Shown here piece by piece: positions 11,851 to 24,889 of a stretch of DNA of 64,000 nt. Within the stretch, counting starts at the first letter, position 1. Each line of letters opens with the position of its first letter. The notes under the pieces are model-generated. The model was given only the letters and a program-made list of their open reading frames with translations, did not search any database and was not told where the DNA came from. Source of the DNA: Flectonema sp. DT1601 (Eukaryota); assembly GCA_964019425.1 (NCBI GenBank), contig OZ025786.1:620001-684000 (forward strand). The letters run 5' to 3'. Made by a program: the position numbers and the translations under genes.

Positions 11851-13164
11851 ATGGGCGGGCCCGTACCGGAAGCACAGAATGAGAATTACCACAAGTTAGT
11901 CGAACAAGTAAAACAAAAGCAACGTAAGCAAGATGGATTTCAAGAAGCGTGGAGGACTTATTGCGCAACTAATGGAGGAGGAAGAATGGACCCATATCAC
12001 CATGATGCGGATTATTTACAAGAAGCATTGTTAAAGATAAAGGCGGGGGATATATTTAAAAACCCGATGATGGATCGACCGATAGAAAAGCAAACCCATG
12101 AAGAACTGATGGGAATCGTAAAGTATAATCAACGTAACCTACCAGGGTGGAGTGAAGCATGGTGGCACTACTGTTCTGTTCACAGCAAAGGTGGTAAAAA
12201 AGATCCAAAATTACTGGACGAGTCATTCCTTAAGCAAGCTCTGAAAACATTAAAAGCTACTCCTGAGGAATTGGAACGGCTTGACTTACAAGACAACATT
12301 AAAAGAAGACAACGAGAGTGGAAAGGTTATCGTGAATATTGGTCTGAATTCTGTCACAGTAACGGAGTACGAACAATGGACCCAGCAAAGCATAACGTTG
12401 AGTTCTTACGAAGAGCTTTAATACCTCCTGATGAGAATCATTTGGAACTTGTTGGTATTATAAAAGAACATCAACGCCGCAGCCCTCAATTCAAAGAAGA
12501 CTGGTCTCGCTACTGTCAAGCATGCGGTTGCGGAGTTCGTGACCCATACCGCCACGGACCAGAATTTCTTACGGTAGCTATTCGCCAACTCATTGATGGG
12601 AAAGGCCTTCGAGGTGTTCCTGCAAAACATCGTTTTGGTAGCAGCAACCACGTCACGTACGATAGAAAACGTGCAAAGCTCGCGGAGACTATTAAACGAC
12701 TCCAGAAAGCTACTCCCGAACTCCGTCAGAAATGGCTGACCCACTGTGAAAATTATGGTTCTAGTAATTTCGATCCGCTTCTACACGACACCCAATTTCT
12801 TGAGGATGCCCTTGGATACATGCAGGGACGACGAACTGGTAGATCAAAGAACAGTGAACAGGTTTGTGATTTCTTAAAACGAATAATTACAAACTTTAAT
12901 AAGTAATCTCATAATTATTATCAATTCCAAACACAGGAGGAACTTGTCAGCCTCATCAAGCGTGGACAGAGAAATTGTGAGCAATGGAAAGCAAAGTGGT
13001 GGGCGTATACAGACAACTATGGTGACGGTAATCATGATCCAGGTCGCCACGAGTTTGCATTTCTGAAGAAGTATGATTAAATTAATAAGTTAGACAAAAC
13101 CAACAACAACAACAACAACAATAATAACAACAGGGCGATAAAAGATCTTGGACCTCCACCGTAA
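11851..13164 (+). CDS. Protein made of six ~50-aa repeats (Lx3IKx2QR...Wx2YC...G...DPx2H...FLx2AL); exons 11851-12861, 12937-13070, 13134-13164
   Basis: Five repeats lie in the 351-aa ORF. GT-AG introns 12862-12936 and 13071-13133 add a sixth (EELVSLIKRGQRNCEQWKAKWWAYTDNYGDGNHDPGRHEFAFLKKAI) and the end KDLGPPP-stop. Confidence 0.85.
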
Positions 13165-14405
13165 GCATCTCAATAACTGTTATTGAAGGAACACTTCTGT
13201 TCTCTTTAGTTTTTACTTGTGTTCCTTTTTTATATTTTTATTTCGTTTTTCCGAGTAGACAGACTTGCTTGTTGTTCAAGAATGTTATCAGAAGTAACGT
13301 CTATTGTATAAAGTATTTCGATGTGACCCCTCCCACTACCCCATCTCTTGTGCGGTTAATTCTTTGACTGCAGGTATTCGATAAATTATTCTGAGTTGGA
13401 CATTCGATGTTTTGTAACAGAGTTCAGGATGATTGCTCTGTTTTGTAAATACTGAGAGACCATCAATATCTGTCGGAGATTACGATATCGCACCCAAGAG
13501 TGATTTCCTTGAGAAGCAACATTCTGCTTTATATGGTTCCAACTGGTTGGTTTTTATATTTCACTAACAGAAGGGGATGATCGTTTTTTTTAATGACTTT
13601 TCATCTTATTGCCATCTGTCGCACAGAGCATATTAGAAACAGAAAGCTAGTCACTCATCAACCCTACCGATCACTGAGCTAACGCGCGGAATTTAATACG
13701 ATAGCTTTTTGTACCGCAAAAAGCATACATCACGCTTCTATGAAACCCATCCCTATACCCCCTTCCCCATGTCGTGTGACGATAGTGTAAGGCTTCTGTT
13801 GGCCACCCTTTTGTAGAAGACATGCCAAGAGACGATGGAATGTGATTGGTTTAAAAACAGTAAACTATTACTTCTACTCCTGGTGATGGCAAAGAGTGAG
13901 AGCTCTCCGGCCACCACGGATTTTAGTTATTCAACGAAGGAGTTGATATAAGAAGACTTCCGATACTTGGCAATCTGTACCATCATTTCGCTTACCAACT
14001 TCATTGCTCTGACTTATTCATTACTTAAGTAGTGAAAACTTGAATGTTATATTTGGTACAAAAAACGTACGAAGCACAAAAAGAACTTAAATGCAAAAAG
14101 AAAAAAAGAAAGCAAAGGATTGGCGGGTTTGCGCAGGCCGACTTCTTTTTTTGTACTCTGCAGCAATTAAGGAGAAAAAAAAACACAAAAATGTGAAATA
14201 GAATTCTATGTGTTCCCAGAGCCACCCCCAGCTTTTCTGACGAAATAAACAAAGTGAGAACTGGTGTTTCTGTGATGCCATTCTTTTCTGAATGCGTTTT
14301 GTAGTTTAATTTATTCTCCCTTTTGCAGTTGTTCGTTGTCTTTTTCGACTCTTGGTGACCAACCATTACTTTTACTGTTTCTTTAACAACAGTCCTTGCG
14401 ATAAA

Positions 14406-15713
14406 ATGGAAGAGCGGAGGATTCACTCGCAGGGTGGATCAGATGATGATGGGTTATGGGCGTGCGTTAATGAAGGCAGTCACGGAAGTACAGAAGACTG
14501 TGAGATTGACGAAGCCCTTTCATCGTGTATTCAAGTATCTGACGGATCAATGGCTATTGACTGCGGAGGATCCCGATGTAAAATTGTTTGTTTTCATCGC
14601 GAAGTTCTAAGAGCCCCTCTTCCACACTACGTCACTGAAGACAAAGGACCGCAGCTTCCAATTAGAGAAGCCTGCAGTTCAAACCCAACAGCACTTTCTT
14701 ACCTGACACTTCCAACAAAAAAACTGCCCGACTTCCTTGACTGGTGTCAAGCAAAGGGACTTCTGACACATTTTTGTGACAAGTCTTCCGAAATATCTGC
14801 AACTGGAGGAGGAGCCTTCAAATATTACGAAGAAATTAAACAAAAGTTGGGAGTCAGCTTGAGAGCTAAAAGTGAAATGGGAACTCTCGTGAGAGGATTG
14901 AATTTCCTTCTCAGCAACTCTCCCAGCGAAGTTTTCGAGTATGGTCTCAGCACAAAGACTCCACTTCTACCTGCTGAAGATACGTCGCTTGTGTATCCAT
15001 ATCTCTTAACCAGCATTGGTAGTGGTGTTTCAATTCTGAAGGTGACAGGTCCTAACCAGTGGGAACGAGTTTCTGGAAGTTGTGTTGGAGGAGGTACCTT
15101 TTGGGGGCTTTCGAAGTTGATCACAAACGTCAAGTCATGGGAGCAGTTGGAACACATCAGACAAGAAGAGCCGCATCACAAGTTTGGAGGAGACAATACA
15201 AAAGTTGATTTATTAGTTGGAGATATTTATGGTGGCAGAGGTATGAAGAATTTAGGACTGAGACCAGATGTGATTGCTTCAAGTTTTGGTAAATGTGGAG
15301 TTCATGAACCGGATGATCAACATCTGGACTCAGATATCGATTCTGTTGGTAGTTTGCGACTTCTAAAAAGAAAGCAAAAGAAATTTCGAAAGAAGAAGAC
15401 AACAGCAATCGAAGCTGCTGGCGTTGCTGAAGAAGCTGCTGATGGCGACTTTCGTCCTCAAGACATCTGCAGATCTCTGCTATTGATGGTCGCTAATAAT
15501 ATCGGTCAAATCACATATCTCAATGCGAAGTTACACGGCATCGAAAGAGTTTATTTTACTGGTGGATTCACGCACGATAATCCTTATGTTTGGTCAAAGT
15601 TATCATATGCAATTAACTTCTGGTCTAACGGATCTATGAGAGCACGTTTTATTCAACACGATGGCTACATTGGGGCTGTGGGTGCTCTACTAACTGAGGA
15701 GACAGACAGCTAA
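14406..15713 (+). CDS. PANK: Type II (eukaryotic, fumble-family) pantothenate kinase
   Basis: Motifs AIDCGGS, ATGGGAFKY, EMGTLVRGL, YPYLLTSIGSGVSILKV, GGGTFWGL, VDLLVGDIYG, IASSFGK and NNIGQI. ATG at 14406. Confidence 0.95.
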   Translation: MEERRIHSQGGSDDDGLWACVNEGSHGSTEDCEIDEALSSCIQVSDGSMAIDCGGSRCKIVCFHREVLRAPLPHYVTEDKGPQLPIREACSSNPTALSYLTLPTKKLPDFLDWCQAKGLLTHFCDKSSEISATGGGAFKYYEEIKQKLGVSLRAKSEMGTLVRGLNFLLSNSPSEVFEYGLSTKTPLLPAEDTSLVYPYLLTSIGSGVSILKVTGPNQWERVSGSCVGGGTFWGLSKLITNVKSWEQLEHIRQEEPHHKFGGDNTKVDLLVGDIYGGRGMKNLGLRPDVIASSFGKCGVHEPDDQHLDSDIDSVGSLRLLKRKQKKFRKKKTTAIEAAGVAEEAADGDFRPQDICRSLLLMVANNIGQITYLNAKLHGIERVYFTGGFTHDNPYVWSKLSYAINFWSNGSMRARFIQHDGYIGAVGALLTEETDS

Positions 15714-18700
15714 TACAGAAGGATCTCCCTTTTGGTATTTAAAGGAAAGCAATCCGAGAGCAAACAGACTGATGTATCGACTCGCTCTTGACGGGGAAAA
15801 TCCGATGCATGTTCCGAATGGTGAGACGACATTTATCAAAACTGTTGTATTCATTACTTGCTGAGAGGAGTAACTGTTCTCTCTGAATATCTATTTGGTA
15901 GGCCGAGGCATTTTATTGTTTACGAGCAAATAACTTGTTGGATGCCGCCAATTAGCGTTTTTTTTTTTTTTTTTGCGGCCTTGAAGAACGAATATCTTCA
16001 ACAACTTAAATATTACTCCCCTTTTTTTTTTTTGTTGCTTCGGCATACATTAATTGCAAAAAGCTGTCAACCTTTCTGTTTTTCTTACGTGTCCACTGCA
16101 GCATTTGAATGCTGTTTCTCCCTTTTGATTTCTTCTTGTAGATGAGACCAAAAAGCTGTAAGAAAACATGCCTTCTAGGTAATTCCTTGCTGTTTGTACT
16201 ATTTCCTATCCTTTCGGTGTGGCGAATCCATTTTTGCAAGTGGATGCGATGCATTTGACTGCTTGGCAGCTATTAACGAGAGAAAACGAAAGAGGGAAAG
16301 TTAAGTTATGGATTTGTTATTAAAATACAAGAAGTATACTCTCTTCCCATATATCCCAATACCAATACCAATCTGTTTTGCTACTACTTCGGATGTGTCT
16401 GAGTGTTTGTCCCGTTGCGGTGTTGTCACCAAAGCTTTCTGGAGTGTTGTTGCAATCTCACGTAGGAAGATGCAGCGGCGTACTTCTTGCTTTTATTTTG
16501 TGATGAATGATATTTAAAAGGGTGAAGAAATCATTCAAAGTTTGCGAGTTGTACAACAGACTCAAATAATCAGATAATTGCTTTGTGAAATATGAGCTGC
16601 GGGAAATCATCTCAGAGCTGTGCCTGTCTGCAATGTGACATCACAACTAACTAGTGATCATCGAAAACTCTTTTTGATATTTTAGTGCGCCAACAACAAT
16701 CTAAGATTTGGTTGTGGCATTAGACTGCTCAAAGTCAGGTAACTAAAGAGTAATTCGATAAATAAGATTGTTTACTTCTCACTTGTGGTGTCAGTGGACA
16801 GATCGGCCAGTTTCAGCCGAACGCGTCATTTGTTTTGTTGTCCATTGTGATTATCAAGTTTTCTTTTTGAAAATTCTCGTCCTCTGACTGTCTCAGCTAC
16901 CGTTGTGACAAAACCAAATCCCGTCTTTGGTCTCCTTCTTCGAATGTAATTGGAAGGGACTCTCTTCGTGTGAGTGATTTAATTCAAATTGTGAACTGAA
17001 ACGCAAAGGCTGATGGTCAGCCTTAAGAGCGACGTCGTGGCAGCCAGTTGATCCAAATAGATGCACTAAAACTGTCATCATAATATCAATTGGGGGGAGG
17101 CTGGGAAGATCCTTTTGGGCGTCTGATTAAACCGAATTGCTAGTCGGAAACCAAAAAATGAAAATGAAAAAAATTCAAATTTTGCACTTTATCCGAAAAA
17201 CAAAACAAAAACAAAAAAAAAAAAAGAATTTACATTTTTCAAATAAATAATCCACTTACTCAGGTGGAACTATCTTTCCCTTTTAACAACTTTGTATTTG
17301 TGGAGGGAACTGTCTGAATGGTCAAAGCACTCAACGTGAGCTACCTTTGATATTCGACTTGTATTTGTGATGAGTTATTGGAATCCTTCAAGCACTCGAT
17401 ATGTTTAAAGAGCTACCTTGTTGCATTCTTACTTCTGCATTAGCTGTGGGAGATACTCACCAATTAGTTACCTCCGTTTTACTTTTTTTAATTTTGTGCT
17501 TACCTCGTTACATAATAAAATATTTTTAATAGAAAGAAAATTGTTGTTCTATAATCAACCTTGCCTGTCTCAAGGAGGTTACTCATCGATATGTCTTGAG
17601 GGTAGCTTCTGTTTACTGTCTTCAGTCATTCCATTTATTGTTTCACGAAGTGAATATCGATTTCAATTTCATTTTGTGATATGTGGATGTTGACTAAAGT
17701 GGCTTCTTCTTCTGCGATCTTTACTCGCAGTTCATTTTTTTTTTTTTCTCTTTTTCTTACTCTTCAGTGTCGTTGTTTTTTATTTTATATATCCCTCGTC
17801 TTCTGTCGTCAAAATAGTATCAAAGTGTCCCTTTTATGTCTGCTGTAATGATGTCCATATGATAGGAGTGATTTCCTATTCGATCTGTTGCTCCAATACA
17901 GTAACTATATGTCCTTAGCATTGTCCTTTTTGATTATTAATTAGTCAGCGGATTTTATGTTCAAGGAACGCGCATTAGAAGATCCCTCCGTACTTTTACG
18001 TATTTTGATGTCGTTGCTGAGGTAAGTTTCTTGCTTCAGCCTTTTTCCTTCAAACTGTCTCCCCTATCTTTCTCGTGATATCAATTAAGGTTTCAGTCGT
18101 ACTGCAATCCATTTGTCGTGCGAGTGCTGTGTTTTTCGTAGAAATTGAACCAACGTCGTTGTCATAGCGTTTTTTTGTCAGTGCTGTAGTATCGACCACG
18201 TGAAGGTAAAAAGTGAACCATTATTTGTGTTTCCCCCTGTGTGTTACTCGTAGCTGACATTTTATAAATTAATTTAACTTTTTGATTCTTCACTCTTCTC
18301 CAGAATGCTACTAACGCTTATCCACTTCTGCCCCCTTTTTTTTTTTCTATTTTCTTTTTATCAAATTGGGTTGACTGGAGCTACTAGTTACTCGCACACG
18401 GAATCGTTAAAAGAAGTACTCGCCGAAGTGATGTTCTGTAAGAGCTGACAAACTGACGTCAAGAACAGGTTGTCGGTATCCTGTTATTTCTGTTCTGCCC
18501 TGCACACGACACACCGTCTACCGTCTACTTCTAACAGGTCACGTACGCCAAAGAATAGTCGCATCTCACATTAAATTGTGCAATTAAATCACGTTGGGCA
18601 CAATTGGAGAAAGTTATTTATGTCGTGAAGTGAGTTGTAAACGGTGGATAGTCTTGTGCGTTGTGTTGACGTCAGCAGTAACTTTAAAGTACTAAATCAA

Positions 18701-19177
18701 TTCTCCTTATCATCAACAGAATGAACTAAAGCATCACGAGATTAGAAATCTGCCTTCGATCAGTTATTTGTATTTTACTTTTATTCTCCTCATCCCTTTG
18801 TTTTTTATCTTTGTCAAGTAATTCATTATAAGGGCTGTTTGTTATACATGTTGCCAACCAGAGGTTTGCCTCATTGGATACCTCCTGAACCAAACCTCTG
18901 TTAACTCAACTGTTAACCTTTGACCTATTAACTTATTCCTCTGATGTGTCCCCGATGTGTTATTTGTATTGTTTCAGTCGACTATTTTCAGTGTCTGTGA
19001 ATTGTATTTGAGAGGTGTATTAAGTACTTCATGTTGGGGGGAGACCATGTGACTTGTCGCAATCACAACTTTTAATAAAAAATGAATAAAGCAGATTATT
19101 TCTATTGTCGCTTTCTTAGATTAAAAAATGTTTATCTAAACACACTCTCTGTCTGCAGGTTACCAACAAATAGCAAT

Positions 19178-19547
19178 ATGAGTGTGCAGGAACAAATAGC
19201 AGCTGGAACCAAGAAGTTGGTTGACATGGATTGGAGATTCGGAGTTACAGCTGCAAACAGCGAAAATGAGAATATTGGAGCGACCTTCTTGCAACTGAAA
19301 TTAGTTTTGGAGGGTGCCAAGGGAAAAACTGAAAGAGTCTACATGGGTATGTTCAACAAGAAAGACTATTGCATGATTAAGCTAAATAGTCTTGTTTTAT
19401 TTTACTAAAAGGCTACCGTAATAAGTTAATTTGAGTTCATTGATTTGATTCGAATTATGAAAAAAAACCAAAACAGAGATGTCACTCCCTCAATTCTACG
19501 AGTTCCTGTCTGCGTTAGAATCTGCAAAAGTTAAGTTAAATGCGTAG
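19178..19547 (+). CDS. Small COMM-domain protein (COMMD7-like sequence); exons 19178-19346 and 19477-19547
   Basis: Spliced product LVDMDWRFGVTAANSENENIGATFLQLKLVLE...ERVYMEMSLPQFYEFLSALESAK matches the COMM domain consensus. Intron 19347-19476 is GTATGT...AAACAG. Confidence 0.85.
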
Positions 19548-20013
19548 TCAGGCTAATTGGAGCTGAAGAAGTTTGATTAGGGAGGACTCCCGTATTCCTG
19601 CACAGTCGGTTATCTGAGCTGTTTGTTGTCAACAGCTGACTATCTCGGTGAAATCGCAATGTGTAAACGAATAACGCCGATAGGAAAGGTGAGAAGCACT
19701 ACATTGTGTGGTTGCAGTGGTCAACCACAGCTGACATATGTTGTAAGTATTGGCTTCGGCTAGCTAGCTGACAGCACTTAAAAATAATCGAGTGGCTTGA
19801 CATTGATTGTACTGCAGTTGTTTACTGTGATCTGCTTTTTGTGTTTCAGCGATGACGGAGTGAAACTACTAAATTGTCTCTTTGTAGAATATTCTTACTT
19901 AACTAAACAGTCTTTTAATATGAGCCTGCGGCACACAAATGCTGATCGTCGAAGTACATGTGAGTTGCAATTATGTTGAAAATTTTAACTTTTAAGTCGA
20001 GCATCAAAAGAAC

Positions 20014-23000
20014 ATGTTGGGCAAGGCGATATTTGTTCTTTTGTTGCACAGCTGTGTATCTGAAGTGATATGTGAGGGCAGCATCAAAGCGGGGAAGCAG
20101 TTCAAGTATGAAGAGTGTAAAGTCCAGCTGATCAGAAAGAAAACAGGTGGCGTAATAGAAGATGAGAGCGTGTCACCGAGCGGATATTTTGTTGTTCCTT
20201 TTGAAGGAAGGATTGAGGATTATTATTTGAAAGTATTGACTCCTGGGAATTGGATCCTCGACAGATCAACAGCAGAAGCAGCAGACTGTTTAAATGGAGA
20301 CGTTGACTTCATTAGAACAGGACTAACTATCGTTGGTGAAGTACGCAATGCCTGCGAGTATCCGTTGCCGAATAATTTGTTTTTAAAGCTCTCTCCCCAG
20401 AAACAGCATACCGCAGTCTCACACGATCTGATTGCCGTAGACGAGACCTATCGCTATCGTTTACCGACAGACATTACTCCCGGACTTTACAAAATATCCA
20501 TTCACAATCCTCACCAATACGAATCACTCGAATTTGCAGGTATTAACTTTTCAGTCCCCGAAGCCGAAGGTCTGTCAGGTCCGAGTGTCATCTCTGTTTT
20601 AGTTAATGGAAAAACAGAGACATTAGAAAGTACAACAACTCAACTTCTCAAGGATGATGAAGTACTTCAAGAGCAGCTTACTATCAACGCAAGTGCGGAA
20701 TTTAAATTTCAGTGTGACGGGGCCCATCACATTAAAAAACTGTCGGTGGCCTCGAGTACTACTAACGCAACATTTAGTTCGCCAATAAGTGTACTTAGTT
20801 GGATAAATGGAGAACGACTTCGTATTACAAAGCTTCAGCAACTAATAAAGATACACGGACCTGTAAACTCAAAGGCATCTCTAACGATAGCAGCTGGCCA
20901 CCAGGTTGATCAATTTGATGGCACTTTTAATAGCAGTGGAATCTTTACACAATCGGTTTGGCTTTTTGTCGACGCCGACTACACAATTACGACAACGAGT
21001 TCGACTAAAGAAGTTATTTACGAGGCGATTCAATATCCTCTGAGAAGGAAACTTTTGTATTCTAGAAATATAATTTATATTTATCCTATCATGGTGAGAA
21101 TATGTGCACAAATACAGCTGCACCACTCCAGAGGAAATTCTATCCTTGTTGACAGAGATGGAGAAGTTACGCTTTGGGAAGACCAAATCAAAACCCGTCA
21201 GCTACAACTCGAAGAAGAAGGGATGTTTTGTGTAATGGCACCACGAAGTAGTTCTGAGAGAGTATTCAAAGTAACCGCCGTGTTTGGTAATTTCTCGCTC
21301 TCTCCATCTCAAGCAGTCGTTCCACAAAACCTAATTCAACCTCCAGCCCCACTTGTCTTCACAGAAAGTGTTTTTGATGTATTATGTACTGTGAAATGTC
21401 TTGATGAGAATTGTAGACAATCTCTTGAAGAGGTGGCGAAAACTCTTCGTGTGTTTCTTGGGACGAATGGCGAAGAACTGACGTCACATTTGAGTATTTC
21501 AATAACAGCAAACTTGGGCGGAAGCGTTCTGACGATCAAAGACGTCCCCCCAGGAAATTACACTCTCCTGTCTCCAGATTCTCCCTTCTGTTGGAGGGAC
21601 ACATATTTCGTAGTTGAAAATCAACTGGTGTTCATTACGCTCAAGCAGTCTGGTTATGTTGGGTTTTTGATTCAGCGGTTTGGCTTTCCTTTAAATGTTA
21701 CCATCTCCCAGTCGGTGTCTGATTCCTCAACGAAGTCATTTGAACTCACAAGCAACGAAGTGAAGGAAGTGTGCCTGACAAGAACTGGTACATACTTAGT
21801 CTCAACTACTAACTCAGAGCTGTCGTGTTTCAGATTCGAAGATCTAATGTGGGATAGCAAGAGGACTCAACATGAAATCACTGCAGCGTTAGTTGTAATA
21901 AATGGTCAGATTGAAAGCTTTGGGGACGCCAAGCCAATATTAGAAGTTGACGGTGATGTTCGCGAAGCAAAGCTCATTGTGACTGACCGGTCGTATGAAT
22001 TACGCGCGTTGCCTGGCATGCGTGTTCGTGTAAAAGTTAAGAATGGAAATGAAGGAGCAATTTACTTTCCGCAGTTACAAGAAGTAGAGTTGCCGAGACT
22101 TGGTGTCGGACGTTGTGACCTGAAATTACAAAGTCTTCGTCTGCAAGAAGCGGAAGTGCTAAAAGGACGAATAATACCACCGGTTGAGGGTGTGTCAGTT
22201 TCACTGAAGTACCACAACACTAGTGAAGGCTTTACAGAATACTACAATCAGACAACCGTATTGAGTACCGCAGTCGGTTTGTTTACTCTGGGACCCCTAC
22301 CAAGTGATGTTGGACCTCTTACTATTTCTGTTCATAAAGTGGGTTTCGCATTTACTCCGAGTGAGATATCACTACAGGTACCAGGTGGCAATGAACTACA
22401 CTTCAAAGCAGTTGCAGTTTGTTCACTCTCAATAAAACTATCAGACAATCTCAGCACACCAATTGAATCTTTATTAGTTAGCGTTAGCTCTGAATCAGGA
22501 ACTGAATATAAGAAGTCATTAAGAACTCTTGAGAATGGTTTTGTTACCTTCTCAGACTTGGAACCGGGAAAGTATTTTGTGAAGTACAATACGAAGGCGT
22601 ACAAACTTCCATCGGAGTCGCTAACTGTCAGATTTGGTACGGAGGAGTTGTTTGAAAGGCGTGCTGATAGAAGTGGGTTCACGATATCAGGTCGAATCCA
22701 ATACCTCAATAGCTCTGGTGCGTCTGATGTCACGATAGAGATTTATTCTGAAAATGAAGAAGGATACGTAAGAGAAAGGGTATCATCTGAGGATGGTTTA
22801 TTTAATGTTGTTGGGCTCCAGTCAGGTAGATATAACATCTCAGTGAGACTTGAGAGGGGTTTCAATCCATTTGAGTCTTCTTCTGTAGGTTATGCTTTCC
22901 CTCAATCACAGCCTGTGCAGATAGCAGACAGCGATATTTCAATATCACCTATAACAGTTTTACTGATGCCCAATACTATTGACGTTGTTGGTAACGTTGT

Positions 23001-23488
23001 TGTCTCAGATACCGAGGACTCCCTTGAGGACGCGTTTGTCACATTGTCAACAGGTTCAGGTACGGTCATTAGGAGGCAGTCGCTACCACATACCAAAGTA
23101 TTTCAATTTAGCTCCGTCAGAATACCAGCCCAAAGTTCTGAAGGGGACTATTTTATAGTAACGGTATGTTAATCTTTTTGTGTTGTGTTGTTGTTGTTTT
23201 ACTTAATAACTTTAATTAATAAACATAATTCAGGTATCACCTGCATCTCCACGCTATGACTTCTTGGGTAGGTCGAGGGTGTCTATTTTTGACAACATGG
23301 GAATTGCTTTCTTCGTTGCGGAGACGGAAATTGTGCTGTCTGAAATCACTCAGCAGCCCCATTCCGATGTCGACCTCAACTGTCGCACACCAACAACTCA
23401 GCAAATAGCAATACCCATCTGCGTTGCGATACTTCTCCATTTCGTAGTTCAGCATGTTGCTAATTTTATAAATTCAATTCATAATTAA
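20014..23488 (+). CDS. NOMO: Nodal modulator (NOMO)-like ER membrane protein; exon 20014-23163, intron 23164-23233, 3' end uncertain (23488 or one further exon)
   Basis: Signal peptide. The N-terminus ICEGSIK...VQL...SGYFVVP...YYLKVLTPGNW...C..GDVDFIRTGLTIVGEV resembles the NOMO N-terminal domain and is followed by serial beta-sandwich repeats, with a hydrophobic segment near the C-terminus. Confidence 0.75.
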
Positions 23489-23817
23489 ATAATTTGATTC
23501 ATCGACAACGAAGTGTGTAATATTACAGGAAGTCCTTTGTGGATTAACGTTCGACTTCCCATCGCAAGTGCGCCATTCTACGTGACGACTTGCTGTGGTT
23601 TCCTCCCTTCGGTTGCTTCTCAGTTATCCGCGATGTGTTGTGCGCGTTGTATTTTATTCATAAACTAATTCTCTTTAGATAAGAATGAGAGACGACAAGA
23701 GAAAAAAGTTTTATATTTTGGAAGCCTTCTTGTGAAAGATGTGAAACCCTATTTACATTCTTACTTCAGTATCGAAATCTTTAATGCCAAATGTTTGCAT
23801 AGTTTGAAAGTTTAGAG

Positions 23818-24597
23818 ATGCTTTCTGGCTGTCGGATCCTCCGATGCTCTGCTGCCTACAAGCTACTCGGTGTTTCGATGACTGCAAATGAGAAGGAGAT
23901 AAAACTTGCCTTCAGGGAGTTGGCAAAAACGCTGCACCCTGATACCGAGGGTGGAGATGCAGCGAAGTTTATGAACGTAAGAGACGCATACTTACGGTTA
24001 CTTGAAAAGAAATTAGTAAAGAAAAAGAAAACTACAGCAAGTGACAGCCTAATGGAGGAAATTATCAAATGGCAGAAGAGCAACCCCCAACAAAGTCGGA
24101 AAGCTGCTTACGGAGTGAAACAAAAGCAACAATCGAAAACAACATTTAATCAAAATACAGAAGCATCTCCTGCTTCTCTAAAATGTCCTCTGTGTGACAA
24201 ACACCTAACAATTCCTGTTATTGTTCGTTCTTCTTGTAGTTGCAATAATCGTTACTGCGTGTCTTGTGTGCGGGATGCCCTGGGCTTAAGCGGAATTATC
24301 AAAAAAAGAAATTCTAAGGGACTACACAACTGCCCCACTTGCTCTACAGAAATAGAACCGCCGCTCGTCCCTTCGGAGTCTTCATATTCTGTTGATGTTC
24401 CGTTTATGAATCTCTTGGATAGATCACTTGGGCCAATCAATTGTTTACGCTGTGGGATCTGGTCTGGATCACGTGAGGAGTTCGCTCTCCACATCAAGCG
24501 CTGTAGTGGCTGTCCCAAGTGTGGGGCATCTGTCAGACTCCAAGACCTTCCTTATCATAAATGTGGAAAGCCATTAAAAAAAGCACTTAGACGTTGA
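23818..24597 (+). CDS. J-domain protein with C-terminal RING-like and TRAF-type zinc fingers
   Basis: J-domain YKLLGV...IKLAFRELAKTLHPD...KF..VRDAY; RING-like CPLC...CSC..YCVSC...CPTC; zinc fingers CLRC...HIKRC and CPKC...HKC. Confidence 0.9.
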   Translation: MLSGCRILRCSAAYKLLGVSMTANEKEIKLAFRELAKTLHPDTEGGDAAKFMNVRDAYLRLLEKKLVKKKKTTASDSLMEEIIKWQKSNPQQSRKAAYGVKQKQQSKTTFNQNTEASPASLKCPLCDKHLTIPVIVRSSCSCNNRYCVSCVRDALGLSGIIKKRNSKGLHNCPTCSTEIEPPLVPSESSYSVDVPFMNLLDRSLGPINCLRCGIWSGSREEFALHIKRCSGCPKCGASVRLQDLPYHKCGKPLKKALRR

Positions 24598-24889
24598 TGA
24601 AAGACAGGTATGCTGTAGTAGCGGTAGCGTTGCTGACTGTAGTCTCACTATGATAAAATTTCGTGACAGTCAAGTTATAATTTTTTGGATTGTTGCAGGT
24701 GTCAGCAAACATGATTCACCAGAATAGTCGCTTCAACCAGAGCTTACTTTCTAGATAGTGACTTGAGTTCTACTGACGAGAAGCGTGATGGAATAATAGC
24801 ACAGAGCACAGCAGTTATTGCGACGCAATTTTTTCGGGAAGCACGACGCAACGACGAACTAACTCGGGTTCATCTTTGAAACATTAGTA

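Noticed and set aside
18859..18900. 10-bp hairpin cagaggtttg / caaacctctg as an ncRNA
   Set aside because: It is a single short stem with no snoRNA, tRNA or snRNA hallmarks and could arise by chance.
19630..19775. Three AGCTGAC motifs clustered upstream of NOMO (others at about 1023, 18252, 18442, 44574 and 45124)
   Set aside because: The overall count of this 7-mer is near chance expectation for 64 kb, so it cannot be supported as a regulatory site without genome-wide statistics.
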